In this document: positions 63,310-64,000 of the stretch, piece by piece
Layout of the letters: every line of letters begins with the position of its first letter
Position numbering within the stretch: position 1 is the first letter of the stretch
From: Takakia lepidozioides
Taxonomy: Eukaryota; Plantae; Bryophyta
DNA: 64,000 nucleotides
Reading direction: 5' to 3'
Assembly (NCBI GenBank): GCA_030704615.1
Contig: CM060733.1
Coordinates: 9,052,001 to 9,116,000, forward strand
The notes under the pieces: generated by a model
Seen by the model: only the letters and a program-made list of their open reading frames with translations
Databases searched by the model: none
What the model was told of the DNA's origin: nothing
Program-made: the position numbers and the translations under genes

Positions 63310-64000
63310 CTATGCTGCAACCTCTTGAGCAGTACCCCCTTCCTGCTCAGTCAATGACAAGGCCTCCTCCTGCCCCATCATTTCATCCTTGAGAACCTCC
63401 TCATCCCGAGAAGAATCCCCAACCTCATCCATCACAGCTGCCTTCGCTGCCAACTCCCTCTGAACCTCGAGCACCTCCCACATGTGCCATGGATGTCTAC
63501 ACCTCGTGGTCCTCACCGGCTCGCCCCCACTCGCTGCCTGTACCGTCTCGGTAGGCAGAGAGACCGTCAAGGGAAGTACACTCCGCACTCTACGTTGCTC
63601 AGCCATAGCCAAGCTGACAATCCAGGTCAAGCAATTGAGATCCATTGCTTGCCCCAACACCTGACGACGTGATGCCTCAGAAAGAGAAGGCACCGCCGTG
63701 GTCCCAGTGGAAAACCCCATAGCCCGCTCTCGCTCGTCGGCATTAGGCTCCACTAACTGCTGCAACTGAGCATCCCACAGGAGGCCAGGTCCACCATCCC
63801 GAAAAGCATGGGATCCTGGGAAGCTGAGCAGTGTAGGTAATGCTGCTCGTGGTTGACCCACCCTGTTGACCACTGCCAAAGGCGAACGGTCATCGTGTCT
63901 CACACGTTGAGACTGCCTTCCTGTGTCCAAAATGCCATCCACGGTGAGGTGTGCTGGCCGCTGCACCCCATCAAATGCACGCTTGAGCAGTGCGGGTGGC
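63310..64000 (-). CDS. C-terminal part of a DNA (cytosine-5)-methyltransferase-like domain plus linker, in frame with RT
   Basis: PTL, ERERAMGF (motif IX-like) and SRRQVLGQAMD (motif X-like), spaced like the DNMT3-type E.ER.FGF...T....S...R...LG. 159 nt (53 sense codons) separate the TAG at 63310 from the RT ORF. Confidence 0.75.
   Translation of the reverse strand, partial: PPALLKRAFDGVQRPAHLTVDGILDTGRQSQRVRHDDRSPLAVVNRVGQPRAALPTLLSFPGSHAFRDGGPGLLWDAQLQQLVEPNADERERAMGFSTGTTAVPSLSEASRRQVLGQAMDLNCLTWIVSLAMAEQRRVRSVLPLTVSLPTETVQAASGGEPVRTTRCRHPWHMWEVLEVQRELAAKAAVMDEVGDSSRDEEVLKDEMMGQEEALSLTEQEGGTAQEVAA

Larger units (their letters stand above)
59403..64000 (-). mobile_element. Nested Ty3/Gypsy LTR retrotransposon encoding DNMT-like, RT, RNase H, integrase and PHD domains (runs off the window)
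   Basis: LTR terminus at 59403, G-rich tract at 59920-59925, and a long pol with only one stop (63310) and one frameshift (~61435). Confidence 0.92.

Overview
Eukaryotic, intron-rich plant DNA, probably from a non-seed land plant such as a bryophyte (inferred from the TE lineages). A core of three intact host genes occupies 17.9-38.8 kb: CDC48C/NVL-type AAA ATPase (-), Clot/TXNDC17-type thioredoxin (+) and a plastid type-A DnaJ (-). Nested transposon blocks flank this core. The left block holds a 53-bp palindromic tandem array, a RING-H2 pseudogene split by a full-length chromovirus Ty3/Gypsy element (LTRs, tRNA-iMet PBS, TSD), a ~1-kb higher-order tandem repeat and a Tcn1/sushi-type gag remnant with a -1 frameshift signal. 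The right block holds rearranged cysteine-desulfurase-like exons, a CACTA transposase, a 5'-truncated LINE with a 15-bp TSD, a PCIF1-like MTase remnant and a second chromovirus copy. The top finding is a young-looking Ty3/Gypsy element nested in that second copy (59403 to the window end). Its polyprotein carries, in frame, the C-terminal motifs of a cytosine-5 DNA methyltransferase upstream of RT-RNaseH, and its integrase ends in a PHD finger. This pairs an epigenetic writer and a chromatin reader in one retrotransposon. All assignments come from reading motifs by eye; no searches were run.
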